The notes below the pieces were generated by a model. That model was not told where the DNA came from and did no database searches. It saw only the letters and a program-made list of their open reading frames with translations. A stretch of DNA of 64,000 bases. It comes from Cyanobacteriota bacterium (GTDB taxonomy: Bacteria; Cyanobacteriota; Cyanobacteriia; Thermostichales; Thermostichaceae). Below are positions 19,493 to 30,477 of this stretch, piece after piece. Numbering within the stretch: the first letter of the stretch is position 1; each line of letters starts with the position of its first letter. The stretch covers positions 1 through 64,000 of the forward strand of contig JANRIL010000010.1 of NCBI GenBank assembly GCA_033764955.1, read 5' to 3'. A program made the translations under genes and the position numbers.

Positions 19493-20188
19493 TTAATCCC
19501 GCAGGACATAACCCACCCCGCGCACCGTCTGAATCAAGCGTTTTTCGCCCTCTTGCTCTACCTTGAGGCGGAGATAACGAATATATACCTCAATGATGTT
19601 AGAGTCCCCCATAAAGTCATACCCCCAAACATTCTCCAAAATTTGTTGGCGGGTTAAGACTTGCCGAGGATGCTCCATCAGATAACGCAGCAGATCAAAT
19701 TCTTTGGCGGTTAATTCAATGTGCCGTTCCCCCCGCATGACATCCCGGCTGAGAGGATCCAGGGTCAGGTCGAGAAAAGCCAGTCGCCCTTCCCCAGAGC
19801 CTTGATAACGGCGCAGATGGGCGCGCACCCGTGCCAATAATTCCTGAATACTGAAGGGCTTGACCACATAATCATCCGCTCCGGCATCTAACCCCGCCAC
19901 CCGATCACTGACATCATCCTTGGCGGTCATCAAGATCACGGGCACACGGTTACCGGTACTCCGCAGGCGACGACAAATTTCTAAGCCAGAAATTCCCGGC
20001 AGCATCCAATCCAGCAACACCAAATCCGGCAGTTGCTCACGGGCAGCCATCAAGCCTCCCGTTCCGTCATTGGCGAGGGTGACGCGATAGCCCTCGTAGC
20101 TCAACTCCATTTCCACAAAGCGGGCTAGCTTCACCTCATCCTCGATCACCAAAACATGTCCTTTGGTTGATGAAGGGGATCCAGACAT
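19493..20188 (-). CDS. OmpR/PhoB family response regulator
   Basis: VLVIEDE, LDWMLPG, GADDYVVKPF, IQTVRGVGY. Confidence 0.95.
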   Translation of the reverse strand: MSGSPSSTKGHVLVIEDEVKLARFVEMELSYEGYRVTLANDGTGGLMAAREQLPDLVLLDWMLPGISGLEICRRLRSTGNRVPVILMTAKDDVSDRVAGLDAGADDYVVKPFSIQELLARVRAHLRRYQGSGEGRLAFLDLTLDPLSRDVMRGERHIELTAKEFDLLRYLMEHPRQVLTRQQILENVWGYDFMGDSNIIEVYIRYLRLKVEQEGEKRLIQTVRGVGYVLRD

Positions 20189-20257
20189 ACAACATCCTCC
20201 CAGGGTTGGGGCTGCCTTTGCTCTGCATTCTACTTTGCCTGTAAAGCCCTGCTGCCT

Positions 20258-20677
20258 CTAATCCCACCACAGGCTGAGGGTGTGGTGCTGTTGCAGATCC
20301 CGCTTCATCAGGGTCAAGCCCTCGTCCTCTGAGCCATCCCCAGGGATCCCTGCCAACAAAATCTGTAGAGATTCTGGAATCTCTTCCCCTGCCTCTTCCA
20401 TACTTTCCACCATTTCCACCAGGCAGCCGTAGTGCTGATCTACTGTATCGGGGCAAAATTCATAGACCTCCCGCACAAACCCATCTAGATCCTCCGGCAA
20501 CTGGCTAAACACCAGCAGCAGCGAGTCAGGGGTGACTTCCTCAATGCGAAAAGAGCAACGACCTTCCCACTCGGTCAGTCGCTCCAGAATATCTTGCGTG
20601 GACAGATCATAGTTGGGGGCTTGTGTCCCCACCTGACGGATGTGTTGATAAACCTGCTGATTATTAGAGATGGTCAT
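20258..20677 (-). CDS. DUF4253-like protein
   Basis: EVYEFCPDTVDQ and C-terminal LWWD. Confidence 0.75.
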   Translation of the reverse strand: MTISNNQQVYQHIRQVGTQAPNYDLSTQDILERLTEWEGRCSFRIEEVTPDSLLLVFSQLPEDLDGFVREVYEFCPDTVDQHYGCLVEMVESMEEAGEEIPESLQILLAGIPGDGSEDEGLTLMKRDLQQHHTLSLWWD

Positions 20678-20937
20678 AACCCACTACCAAAGGACTATTT
20701 CCCTCCAGGATAAAGGGATCCCTTGCCCGCCAGACTGCTCCAGAAGCGGATGGGAGAGATCGTGAATCTCTCCCTGACATTTGGGGAGGGTCAAAAGTTT
20801 TCTGATAGGATGCACTTGATGATTGTGGCTAATCCACGGCTGACAACCGCTTGGAACTCTAAGCTTGTGGCCGCGAGCCATAGCAGCACACAACTAAGGC
20901 TAAACAACGTAGTTACTGACTGTAGGACGCTCGTGAA

Positions 20938-21756
20938 ATGAAATCTTCTGCTAAAAGGCCAGGGACTCCTGAAACCAAGCTCATACCCATCCTAGAAGCC
21001 CAAAAGGTGGATGTTCTCTACGGTTCGTTTGTGGCGGTGCGACAGGTGAATGTCGTTATTCCCCAATACCATGTCACCGCCTTCATTGGCCCTTCCGGTT
21101 GTGGCAAAAGCACCCTACTCCGTTGCTTTAACCGCATGAACGACTTGATCCCTGGCGCATCGGTGCGGGGATCCATCCTCTTTCAAAACCAAGATATTTA
21201 TGCTGAGGGCATAGACTCGGCGGATGTACGGCGACGGATTGGCTTGGTTTTTCAGAAGCCCAATCCCTTTCCTAAAACGATCTACGAAAATATTGCGTTT
21301 GGCCCCCGCATCAACGGCTATCAGGGGGATATGGACGAACTGGTGGAAAAATCCCTGCGCCAAGCTGCCCTCTGGGATGAAGTGAAAGACAAACTCCAAC
21401 AGAGTGGCCTCTCTATCTCCGGTGGACAGCAGCAGCGGCTTTGCATTGCCCGTACCCTCGCCATTGAACCGGAAGTGGTGCTGATGGATGAACCATGCGC
21501 CTCGTTGGATCCGATTTCCACCCTGCGGATTGAGGAGCTGATCAAAGAACTCAAGCAGCGCTACACTATCGTCATCGTCACCCACAACATGCAGCAGGCG
21601 GCTCGCGTCTCAGACTTTACCGCCTTTTTTAACACCGAGATTGATGAACAAGGGGTGCGCTTCGGCAGCTTGGTGGAATTTAACCGCACAGAAAAAATCT
21701 TCAATGCGCCTGCCCAACGGGAAACCGAGGAGTATGTCAGCGGTCGCTTCGGCTAA
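20938..21756 (+). CDS. pstB: Phosphate ABC transporter ATP-binding protein
   Basis: [46 protein letters not shown]. Confidence 0.96.
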   Translation: MKSSAKRPGTPETKLIPILEAQKVDVLYGSFVAVRQVNVVIPQYHVTAFIGPSGCGKSTLLRCFNRMNDLIPGASVRGSILFQNQDIYAEGIDSADVRRRIGLVFQKPNPFPKTIYENIAFGPRINGYQGDMDELVEKSLRQAALWDEVKDKLQQSGLSISGGQQQRLCIARTLAIEPEVVLMDEPCASLDPISTLRIEELIKELKQRYTIVIVTHNMQQAARVSDFTAFFNTEIDEQGVRFGSLVEFNRTEKIFNAPAQRETEEYVSGRFG

Positions 21757-21800
21757 GTCGTTTTGCCGGAAGTGCTTTAGCTGGGCTGGGGTTAGCCAAC

Positions 21801-22445
21801 CTAAGTCGAACAAAGTTTATTTTTTTCCGCCGCCATCTGGACAAAGTTCTTAACCATCTGCAACCCCCAAGTGCCTGACTTTTCGGGGTGAAACTGGGTA
21901 GCCATCAGACAGCCACGACCAATGGCGGCAGTCATGGTTTGGGATCCATGGGTAACGGTAGCGGCAATCCAACTGGGATCCTCTGGCTGGACATAATACG
22001 AGTGGACAAAATACACCCAGGGATCCTCTGGAATGCCCTGCCAGAGAGGAGTGTCAGGTTGGGTGAGATGCAAATGATTCCAGCCCATGTGGGGGATCCG
22101 TACCCCTGCCTCCGGCTGAAGGCGCTTCACCCCTCCCGCCACCAGACCCAACCCAGGCTCTTCCCCTTCTTCGCTCCACTCCATCAGCAACTGCAAGCCA
22201 ATACAGATACCCAAAAAGGGGATCCCTTGGGCAATCGCTGTCTTGAGGGGCTGCTCAAAGCCTTGGCTGCGGAGGTGTTGAATCGCCGGATCAAAGGCAC
22301 CGTCTCCCGGCAAAACCAGGCCATCGTAGCCATCCAGATGGTCGGGCTGAGTCACGATATCGACAATGGCTCCGGCAAATTCCAACCCGCGGCAGGCGGA
22401 GTGCAGGTTACCCGTGTCATAGTCAATCAGGGCAATGCGAACCAT
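21801..22445 (-). CDS. hisH: Imidazole glycerol phosphate synthase glutaminase subunit
   Basis: DYDTGNLHS, LGICIGLQ, PHMGWN, YFVHSY, QFHPEKS. Confidence 0.96.
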   Translation of the reverse strand: MVRIALIDYDTGNLHSACRGLEFAGAIVDIVTQPDHLDGYDGLVLPGDGAFDPAIQHLRSQGFEQPLKTAIAQGIPFLGICIGLQLLMEWSEEGEEPGLGLVAGGVKRLQPEAGVRIPHMGWNHLHLTQPDTPLWQGIPEDPWVYFVHSYYVQPEDPSWIAATVTHGSQTMTAAIGRGCLMATQFHPEKSGTWGLQMVKNFVQMAAEKNKLCST

Positions 22446-22568
22446 TCAGGCTATCCTTTCCTGCCCACGACAAGTTCGGCAGATAGACCGTCAGACTACT
22501 TTAACGTATCCCCCCAATCCCTCCACAATAATGGTGGGGAAGCGAAATCCCATAGGGTGAGGAATGGC

Positions 22569-23648
22569 ATGGCAGATGGGCAGGGACGACTCTTGATGGC
22601 AGCCAGTGGCACGGGTGGACATGTGTTTCCGGCTTTAGCGATTGCTGACCATCTGACGGACTGGTCAATCGAGTGGTTGGGGGTAGCGGACCGCATGGAA
22701 TCCCAACTGCTGGCGGGGCGTTATCCCTTTCATGCCATCCCCATGTCTGGTTTGCAGGGATCCCGATGGCTGGCATGGCCGCGCACCACTGGGCAACTGC
22801 TGCGTTCGGTGTGGCAGGTGCGCCGTCTCTTACAAAAAGGCCAGTTTCAGGGGGTACTGACCACCGGAGGCTACATTGCGGCTCCAGCGATTCTGGCGGC
22901 CTATTCTCTAGGGATCCCGGTTATTCTGCACGAGTCCAATGCAATTCCCGGCAAGGTGACCCGCTGGTTGGGGAGGTACTGTCGGGTGGTGGCGCTAGGG
23001 ATGGCGGCGGCAGCGGCTCACTTGCCTCACCTACCAACGCAGGTGGTCGGAACGCCTGTGCGTGACCAGTTTTGGCAACCTCAACCCCTGGCCGATTTGG
23101 GGATCCCGCAAGAAGCCGTTGTGATTGGGGTGATAGGAGGCAGCCAGGGGGCACGCGGCTTAAACCGGATCGTGGTAGCGTGCGCCCCCGACTGGCTGGA
23201 GTTGGGGGCCTGGATTGTGCATCTCACCGGAGAAACCGATGCCACCGCCCTTGAGAAACTGGCTCCACCCCACCCCCGCTATCAGCGTTATCCGTTTCGC
23301 TCCGATATGCCCGCTCTACTGCAACGAGCCAACTTCGTGGTTAGCCGTGCTGGAGCCGCTACCCTGGCCGAATTAGCCGCCACAGCTACCCCCGCCATTT
23401 TGATTCCCTATCCCTATGCGGCGGAAGATCATCAATATCATAATGCCCAAGCCTTTGTGGCGGCGGGAGGAGGAGTAGTTTTCCGAGAATCCCCCCAGCA
23501 GGTGGCCGCGATCCGCGATTATGGCTGTCGTTGGATTGGTCATCCCTCTGAGGTAGCCCTCCATCGACAAGCCCTCCAACAAACTCCTCCCCAACAGGCC
23601 ACGCTAGCGATGGTAGATTTGCTAAAAAATGTTCTCAAAGAGTCCTAA
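22569..23648 (+). CDS. murG: Undecaprenyldiphospho-muramoylpentapeptide N-acetylglucosaminyltransferase
   Basis: SGTGGHVFPA, HESNAIPG, GGSQGA, SRAGA, HQYHNA; start placed at ATG 22569. Confidence 0.95.
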   Translation: MADGQGRLLMAASGTGGHVFPALAIADHLTDWSIEWLGVADRMESQLLAGRYPFHAIPMSGLQGSRWLAWPRTTGQLLRSVWQVRRLLQKGQFQGVLTTGGYIAAPAILAAYSLGIPVILHESNAIPGKVTRWLGRYCRVVALGMAAAAAHLPHLPTQVVGTPVRDQFWQPQPLADLGIPQEAVVIGVIGGSQGARGLNRIVVACAPDWLELGAWIVHLTGETDATALEKLAPPHPRYQRYPFRSDMPALLQRANFVVSRAGAATLAELAATATPAILIPYPYAAEDHQYHNAQAFVAAGGGVVFRESPQQVAAIRDYGCRWIGHPSEVALHRQALQQTPPQQATLAMVDLLKNVLKES

Positions 23649-23685
23649 AAAAGTCCTGAAACTGGGATCCCTCTGCGTCAATTGG

Positions 23686-23721
23686 TTCAAATCTGGCTAT
23701 TCAAATCCAGCAATTCAAATC
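23686..23721. repeat. Three TTCAAATC direct repeats at 14-bp period
   Basis: Copies start at 23686, 23700, 23714. Confidence 0.6.
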
Positions 23722-24032
23722 CGGTCAACTTTAGGGCTGAATATCAATTGGTCAATAGAAATTTCTTAACAAGTTTACCAATAGTCACCGCAACTTGCTT
23801 TTTTCTCTCCTCAACCCCAAGCCAGACTTCTTTACTTAAGATTGCTAAACACGCAATAAAAGCACCTGCTTTTTCATGTCAATATTCTATTATTAACCTT
23901 TGCTTAACTACAGGCTGGTAATATTGCCTTGCTTTATTTCGATAACTCGACAATAGTGTCAGCGATTCTATGGGTTCGCTTTAACGCTCCACAAACAAAA
24001 CTTAACACTAACTTGGGGGGGACACTCCATTT

Positions 24033-24572
24033 ATGAATCTTGAACACGATGCGCTTGATCTTTCAACATTGCCTGAAATGGTCTCCAGTGATGCTAGTGA
24101 TCTAGACTTTAGCCAAGCATCGACGGTGGATGGGATCGAACCGGAAGACGCTGATCTGAAAGCAGGGGGTTGGCTTTGGTATAACAACCTGGCTGTCAAC
24201 AATGAAGTAGGTAACCTGCTGCTCAAGGATGGGGATCCCTTAAAGGCGGGGCGGATTCGTTTCTTTATCTCCGACATTCACTGGCGCTATGGCTTTTCTT
24301 TTAGCACGGCCATCCGTTCTCCCCTCGGCAAAATGATCCCTACTCCCGATGGATGGAGATTTTCGGGTCTTTTGCGTTATGCCATCGTCTTATTTCAACC
24401 CATTTCCGATAAGGAAGTAAAAGCCTGGAGAATTAACGAATCTTCCCGCGAAACCCCTCAAGAAGTTATTCTGGACTTTCAGCAACCTATTTATTTCAAC
24501 ATCAATGACAGCCGGGGGAGTTACGGCGATAACAGCGGCTCTTTTGATGTGTATGTGCAGGTAGTGGGTTAA
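24033..24572 (+). CDS. Hypothetical protein with LecA/PA-IL-like lectin C-terminal motif
   Basis: YFNINDSRGSYGDNSGSFDVYV resembles LecA [21 protein letters not shown]. Confidence 0.6.
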   Translation: MNLEHDALDLSTLPEMVSSDASDLDFSQASTVDGIEPEDADLKAGGWLWYNNLAVNNEVGNLLLKDGDPLKAGRIRFFISDIHWRYGFSFSTAIRSPLGKMIPTPDGWRFSGLLRYAIVLFQPISDKEVKAWRINESSRETPQEVILDFQQPIYFNINDSRGSYGDNSGSFDVYVQVVG

Positions 24573-24744
24573 CTAAAAAGTTACGTTTCGTCTACTCGGC
24601 TCCAATCACCCGTATCGTTTGGTGAACCAACATCCTCTGCGATCCCTTCAGCTCGATAGATTAAGCTAAATAAGGAGAGGGGTGGGGTTGCGCTACGATC
24701 CTGACCTTTGATTATCGCTACCTTTTGAGAAGAGGCCATCAGGC

Positions 24745-25776
24745 ATGGATCTAGTGCAGTTGCAGGCGACCTTGAACAATGCGGCCTTTGTCGTCAGCTT
24801 TTTGACCATGTTGATTTATTGGGTGGGATCCGCCTTTCCCCGTTGGCTCTGGTTGGGGGAATGGGGAAGCGGGGGTATGGTGATTGCGAACCTAGTGATT
24901 GCCGGATTGTTAGGGGCACGCTGGATCGACGCGGGCTATTTTCCCCTCAGCAATCTCTACGAATCCTTATTCTTTTTGGCATGGGGTCTCACCACTCTTC
25001 ATCTGCTGGCAGAAACCCTCAGCCAAAGTCGTTGGGCAGGTGTGGTGACCGCTCCCGTGGTCATGGCGATTGTTACCTTTGCTGCCTTGGTCTTGCCCGA
25101 TGACATGCAGGTAGCCCAACCATTGGTTCCGGCTCTGCAATCCAACTGGCTGATGATGCATGTCACGGTCATGTTGTTGAGCTATGCCGCTCTGCTGGTG
25201 GGATCCCTCTTAGCACTGGCCTTTTTGATCGTGACGGGGGGGCAAGCGGTCACCCTACAAGGAAGTGCTTGGGGAAACTCTGCCCCCCGCCGTCCAAAGC
25301 TAGCTGACGCGGATCCGATTTCCACTCAGATTTCCACAGAGCAGGAAGCCATGCCCGCTCCACTTGCCACCCTAGCCACAGCGACGGTCTCCGTCGCCCT
25401 GGCGGATCCCCCCCTCCAGACCACACCAGCCCCGCTTCCTCTTACCCCCCAACGCTTAAGCTTGGCCGAGACCCTTGATAACACCAGCTATCGACTGATT
25501 GGTCTGGGCTTCCCCCTCTTAACGATTGGCATTATTGCCGGAGCTGTCTGGGCCAACGAAGCCTGGGGAACCTACTGGAGCTGGGATCCCAAAGAGACCT
25601 GGGCCTTGATCACCTGGCTGGTCTTTGCCGCCTACCTGCACACCCGCATCACCAAAGGATGGCAAGGCCGCCGTCCCGCTCTCCTGGCAAGCGCAGGGTT
25701 TATCGTCGTCTGGGTTTGCTACTTGGGGGTGAATCTCTTGGGCAAAGGACTGCACAGCTACGGCTGGTTCTTTTAA
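24745..25776 (+). CDS. ccsA: Cytochrome c biogenesis protein (system II)
   Basis: [40 protein letters not shown]. Confidence 0.96.
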   Translation: MDLVQLQATLNNAAFVVSFLTMLIYWVGSAFPRWLWLGEWGSGGMVIANLVIAGLLGARWIDAGYFPLSNLYESLFFLAWGLTTLHLLAETLSQSRWAGVVTAPVVMAIVTFAALVLPDDMQVAQPLVPALQSNWLMMHVTVMLLSYAALLVGSLLALAFLIVTGGQAVTLQGSAWGNSAPRRPKLADADPISTQISTEQEAMPAPLATLATATVSVALADPPLQTTPAPLPLTPQRLSLAETLDNTSYRLIGLGFPLLTIGIIAGAVWANEAWGTYWSWDPKETWALITWLVFAAYLHTRITKGWQGRRPALLASAGFIVVWVCYLGVNLLGKGLHSYGWFF

Positions 25777-25855
25777 TTCGTTGGAGCCAAAAACGGCAAC
25801 TTCTCGACTACTGGGTTGAATGCCACAATAAGGACAGCACTCTCCGTAACGCTCC

Positions 25856-26650
25856 TTGATGGAAAAGGAAACCCTAGACAGCTTTCTCTCGATCCAAGGG
25901 GTAACGGGTGTTGCCTTGTTGGGGCGGAAAAGTCGTCCCTATTTTTATCGCTCCTTTCAGGACTTGGGCAAACGGCAACAGGATGCCCTCATTCAGGGTT
26001 TGTTTCAAGTCCTAGACAGTATGCCGCCTGGGTTTGATTTTTTTGACTTTCAGTTTGCCCAGCAGAGGGTGTTTGTCTATCCGATTAACGCGGAATGGGC
26101 GCTGTTGGTGAGCGTGGATGATAGTTTGATCTTGCCCGTCTATAACTTAGCCATCAACAAAGTGCGGGCGGATCTCTTGCAGGATACCAATCGGGGGTTG
26201 ACCACCTTCCGTCTGCTGGCCAGTCAACTGGAAACGAGTGGAGCCACTAGCGGCAGTTCACCTGCTGGGGATCCCTTCCCTGCCGCCGATACGGCTCTAC
26301 AGGTGCAAGATATGGTGAAAGCCATGAACCACCTCTCTCAGATCACCACAGGCTATTTGGGCAAAGCCGTCATCGTCAATTATTGGAAGGCGGCTCGCCA
26401 AGATGTGATCGCGGCGCAAGCCAGTTATGCCCCGTTTCTGGAGCAGTTTCAGGTTGAGCGGACTGCCGAAATCCACTACAGCGGCGATCAGCAACAACTG
26501 GGCACTGTACAGGAGCGGGTATTGCAGGCGTGGGTGGCAGCTTTTGTCAAACGCTGTCAGGAGGTGATCCGCAATTTTGGCTACCTGCTTAAATCCAGTT
26601 CCCTCACCCCAGAGGATTGGCGAGCCTTGACGGGATCCCGCCCTAACTAA
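25856..26650 (+). CDS. Conserved cyanobacterial hypothetical protein (possibly roadblock-like N-terminus)
   Basis: Long ORF; FLSIQGVTGVAL...RPYF. Confidence 0.7.
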   Translation: MMEKETLDSFLSIQGVTGVALLGRKSRPYFYRSFQDLGKRQQDALIQGLFQVLDSMPPGFDFFDFQFAQQRVFVYPINAEWALLVSVDDSLILPVYNLAINKVRADLLQDTNRGLTTFRLLASQLETSGATSGSSPAGDPFPAADTALQVQDMVKAMNHLSQITTGYLGKAVIVNYWKAARQDVIAAQASYAPFLEQFQVERTAEIHYSGDQQQLGTVQERVLQAWVAAFVKRCQEVIRNFGYLLKSSSLTPEDWRALTGSRPN

Positions 26651-26848
26651 CGGCCAGCCAGCCCAACCCAGGGAAAAGGCCAACCACCGCATCCCTCAGG
26701 GATCCCCTCTACGAATCCCGCCTTCCCCCCATAAATCAGGCTAAGCTATGACCATCTCATCCTCACTTTTGGTTGATTCTGTGGTGGATCTGGTGACCCA
26801 TCCGGTTGAGCCACAGCAGCCAGCAACGCTTGTATTTGTGGAGTTGTC

Positions 26849-28159
26849 ATGCTGAGAATTGTCCATCAGATTTCTGAAGCCACGGCAGAACTCAAGCGGA
26901 TCTCTGAGCGAACTCAAGCTGAGCAAAATATTCACCGCGAATCGACGGTACAGGAGATCCTGCAAACCGTGCGGAGACAGGGAGATCGCGCTCTGCAAAA
27001 CTATACTGCTGAGTTTGATCATGTGGAGATTAGCCTCTCCGATCTGAAGGTTTCTGGAGCAGAGCTGGAGGCAGCCTATCAGGTGATTTCCCCGCAGTTG
27101 TTGGCGGCCATTCGTCTCGCTAAGCAGCGCATCGAAGCCTTTCATCGGCAACGGATCCCGAAAAGCTGGGTGATGTTTCAACCTCTGAATGTCGTGTTGG
27201 GTAAACGCTATCAACCCGTCGATCGGGCGGGCTTATACGTACCGGGGGGGAAAGCTGCCTATCCCAGCACTGTCTTGATGAATGGGATCCCGGCAATGGT
27301 GGCGGGTGTGCCAGAAATTGTCATGGTGACACCCCCCGGTTCCGATGGCAGTGGGGGCAAGGGCATCAGTCCGGCTATCTTAGTGGCCGCCCAGGAAGCA
27401 GGCATCCAAACGATTTTTCGGGTGGGGGGGGCACAGGCGATTGCGGCTCTGGCTTATGGCACGGAAACCATTCCCAAGGTAGATGTGATCACAGGCCCCG
27501 GCAACATTTATGTCACACTGGCCAAAAAGCAGGTCTATGGACTGGTAGGAATTGATTCCCTGGCGGGGCCATCGGAGGTGTTGATTATTGCCGATGCGAC
27601 CGCCAACCCTGTGCATCTGGCGGCTGATTTGTTAGCGCAGGCGGAACATGATCCTCTGGCGGCGGCCATTTTGCTGACCACCCACAGTGAGCAAGCCATG
27701 CAGGTGCAGCAGGCTGTTCAGCAGCAATTGGAGGAGCATCCCCGTCGCCTGATGACCGAAAAATCGGTAGCCAATTATGGCTTGATTGCGGTTGTGGATA
27801 GCTTAGAAACGGCGGTCTCCCTCTCCAATCTGTTTGCCCCTGAACACCTCGAATTACAGGTGGCGGATCCCTGGAGTCTTTTGGAAACAATCCGTCACGC
27901 GGGAGCGATCTTTCTCGGCCACCATACTCCAGAAGCAGTGGGGGATTATCTGGCCGGCCCTAACCATACCTTGCCCACCTCAGGAGCCGCCCGCTATGCC
28001 TCAGCCCTGGGGGTGGAAGTGTTTATGAAGTCCTCCAGTATTATTCAATACAGCCCCGCCGCCTTGTCAGAAGTGGCCACTGCGATTGATGCCCTCACCG
28101 AGGCGGAAGGGTTGCCCTCCCACGGGGAGTCGGTGCGCTTGCGTCTAACCTCCGATTGA
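26849..28159 (+). CDS. hisD: Histidinol dehydrogenase
   Basis: GLYVPGG, GPGNIYV, AGPSE, QAEHD, APEHL, AGPNHTLPT. Confidence 0.97.
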   Translation: MLRIVHQISEATAELKRISERTQAEQNIHRESTVQEILQTVRRQGDRALQNYTAEFDHVEISLSDLKVSGAELEAAYQVISPQLLAAIRLAKQRIEAFHRQRIPKSWVMFQPLNVVLGKRYQPVDRAGLYVPGGKAAYPSTVLMNGIPAMVAGVPEIVMVTPPGSDGSGGKGISPAILVAAQEAGIQTIFRVGGAQAIAALAYGTETIPKVDVITGPGNIYVTLAKKQVYGLVGIDSLAGPSEVLIIADATANPVHLAADLLAQAEHDPLAAAILLTTHSEQAMQVQQAVQQQLEEHPRRLMTEKSVANYGLIAVVDSLETAVSLSNLFAPEHLELQVADPWSLLETIRHAGAIFLGHHTPEAVGDYLAGPNHTLPTSGAARYASALGVEVFMKSSSIIQYSPAALSEVATAIDALTEAEGLPSHGESVRLRLTSD

Positions 28160-28942
28160 GTGCTATCCTTTGAGCGGGAAAACCAGAGAAGAGTTCATCC
28201 GCATCAGGTTCGGGAGCTGGCAGGCATGGCGAGTCGATGGTTATGGCCGGGAACGCTAGTGCTTTTGGCGCTTTTGGGTGGATCGGGGAAAACCGAGGCC
28301 GCCACCATTCGGGATCCCTGGGATTGGGTGGAAACTCTACAAAAGCAGGCTCGCACCCAGCGCTGTACCCTATCTGGGTTTCTGCGTAGCGACCCCGTGC
28401 CCGCTCCCAACGGCGATTGGCGGGTTTATAGCCGTTTGGATATGGTGGCTTCTCCCAACGGACAGGCAGATCGCCTAACCAGTGTCTTGTTTGCGGAAAA
28501 TGCGACGACGCAAGAGTTGCGGGTGCTCTATCAATCGGTGGCGGCGGTTTATGCCCAAGAGGATCCGTTAGACTTCATCATGGTTTTGCCCCTGGCTTGG
28601 CAAAACAACACTCTGTTGGCTCGTGAGTTTGATGGATTATTTGCCTCAGACATCGCCTGGGATCGCGCCTTAGTGTGGTCACCCCAGACCCCCGACTCCT
28701 CTATCCAAATTTGGCAGCCACCGGCCAGCGGCTATAGTGAGATCCTGGGCTGGGATCCCCTCAGTGAGGGGAGGGTACTCTTTCGGGTGGGGGAATTGGG
28801 GGAATTGCCCCGCTTGGTGAGTGTGGGATCCGATCAGACTGCCCAGCCTTTAGCGGAACCGTTGGATCGCTTCCCGCCCCAGGGGATTGATTGGCAGTCC
28901 GCCCTGCCCCTCAGTACGGGATCCCTTTGTCGTCAGGAATAA
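28160..28942 (+). CDS. Exported hypothetical protein; alternative start near 28226
   Basis: Signal-like segment; abuts hisD stop. Confidence 0.7.
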   Translation: MLSFERENQRRVHPHQVRELAGMASRWLWPGTLVLLALLGGSGKTEAATIRDPWDWVETLQKQARTQRCTLSGFLRSDPVPAPNGDWRVYSRLDMVASPNGQADRLTSVLFAENATTQELRVLYQSVAAVYAQEDPLDFIMVLPLAWQNNTLLAREFDGLFASDIAWDRALVWSPQTPDSSIQIWQPPASGYSEILGWDPLSEGRVLFRVGELGELPRLVSVGSDQTAQPLAEPLDRFPPQGIDWQSALPLSTGSLCRQE

Positions 28943-28952
28943 GGCTAGGTGT

Positions 28953-29258
28953 ATGAGTAGACCCTTGATAACAGCAGGCTGGCCTTTAGAGGCATTTGTC
29001 GGGGATATCTTAGTCTGCACCTTGGAGGGAGCGCATTTGGATGCCGTCACAGAGATTAAAGTGGCTCCGGCAGCGAAGGGGATCCAGGTGCGGTTGGGGG
29101 ATCCCTTGGGGCGCGCTCAATACCCTGTGCAGCAATCTTCTGAAGCGCTGACGGTGACGGTTGAGATTGGCTTTCAGGTCTATCCGGGCGAAAAACGGAT
29201 GGTGGTGGTCTCTCCGGCTGGGGAGAGCGATCCCTTGCCCTTCCTGGTGATGATGTAA
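28953..29258 (+). CDS. Hypothetical protein (IPT/TIG-like beta-rich domain)
   Basis: ATG 28953 follows upstream stop; VVVSPAGESDPLPF. Confidence 0.6.
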   Translation: MSRPLITAGWPLEAFVGDILVCTLEGAHLDAVTEIKVAPAAKGIQVRLGDPLGRAQYPVQQSSEALTVTVEIGFQVYPGEKRMVVVSPAGESDPLPFLVMM

Positions 29259-29270
29259 GCGGAGGAGTCT

Positions 29271-30419
29271 GTGCCCATCCCCTTTTCTTTGGTATTGGTG
29301 GCAGTTGAATTTTCCCTCACGGATCCCGCCGATCTGTGGATTGCTGGTGGCAGCCTGAGTCTGCTCTGTTTGACAGGTTTCTTGGCTTGGCGACAACAAC
29401 GACGCAGGCAATCCCCTCCTGCCCCACCGGATCTGGCTACTCCCATTGCTGGACTGTCTGCGGAGGAGTCCGCCACGATCGCCAACTACGATGCCACCTT
29501 GGGATCCCAGCCCAATGATGCCCTTACCTGGTATAACCGTGCCACCACCCTCGATCGTCTGGGGCATCATCAGGAATCGATTGCCAGCTATGATCAGGCG
29601 CTCCGCCTCAAGCCCGACTTTTATCAAGCTTTTAATAACAAAGGCTCTGCCCTTGATGATCTGGGGCAGCATCCAGAGGCGATCCAGTGCTATGAGCAGG
29701 CACTTGCCCTCAAACCGGATTTTTTTGAAGCCCGCTTTAACCAGGCCAACAGTTTTCGCAGCATGGGACGCCATCAAGAAGCCCTGCGCGCCTATGAACA
29801 AGCCCTCGTGATCACGCCGGATAGCCCCGAAGCCTGGTTTGCCCTGGGAACCCTCTTTGCGTTGTTGCAGCGATATGCCTCTGCCCTCAACAGTTTTGAG
29901 AAAGCCCTCGCCATCAATGCGGTGGATCCCACCATTTGGTATCACCGTGCCCTTGCCCTCTCCAAACTGGAACGCTTTGCCGATGCCCTAGATAGCTACG
30001 CACGGGCGCTAGCGCTCCAACCCCAGGATCCCCAGATGTGGGCGAACCACGGCATCACCTACTATCGGCTGCAACAACCCATGGAGGCCGTCAATAGTTT
30101 TGACCGCTCTCTGCAATTGCAACCCAACCAGCCCCAGATCTGGGTCTATCGTGGGCTTGCCCTGAGCAGCATGGGCTTGCATGAATTGGCTTTGGCTAGC
30201 CATGACCAAGCCATTGCTCAGCAACCAGACTATGCCGAGGCCTATTATCATCGCGCCTGTTGCCATGCTCAACAGGGGCGGGTCAACCCGATGATTGCCA
30301 ATCTAGAACAGGCTTTTGCCTGCGATCGCACCCGCTTTCAGCCCCTAGCCATGCGGGATCCCGTTTTTCAGCCCTTTCGTCACATCCCCCAGTTTCAAGT
30401 TTTGATGCAGGGTTTTTAG
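29271..30419 (+). CDS. Membrane-anchored tetratricopeptide repeat protein
   Basis: Multiple 34-aa TPRs (W/FxNxGxxL...YxxALxxxP); N-terminal TM helix. Confidence 0.92.
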   Translation: MPIPFSLVLVAVEFSLTDPADLWIAGGSLSLLCLTGFLAWRQQRRRQSPPAPPDLATPIAGLSAEESATIANYDATLGSQPNDALTWYNRATTLDRLGHHQESIASYDQALRLKPDFYQAFNNKGSALDDLGQHPEAIQCYEQALALKPDFFEARFNQANSFRSMGRHQEALRAYEQALVITPDSPEAWFALGTLFALLQRYASALNSFEKALAINAVDPTIWYHRALALSKLERFADALDSYARALALQPQDPQMWANHGITYYRLQQPMEAVNSFDRSLQLQPNQPQIWVYRGLALSSMGLHELALASHDQAIAQQPDYAEAYYHRACCHAQQGRVNPMIANLEQAFACDRTRFQPLAMRDPVFQPFRHIPQFQVLMQGF

Positions 30420-30477
30420 TAATTTTCGATTGAATGGCTGAAGCCGATTCACCTCACAACCTGCACGGGATGAACCC

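Noticed and set aside
20678..20937. Pho box upstream of the isolated pstB
   Set aside because: No clear 11-bp-phased PyTTAAPyPy repeats
21888..22568. 227-aa N-terminal extension of the murG ORF
   Set aside because: It is the antisense shadow of hisH; MurG homology begins at ATG 22569
23686..23721. CRISPR mini-array
   Set aside because: Repeats are only 8 bp with 6-bp spacers; no cas genes
29010..29945. 311-aa minus-strand ORF
   Set aside because: Antisense shadow of the TPR gene; no recognisable motifs
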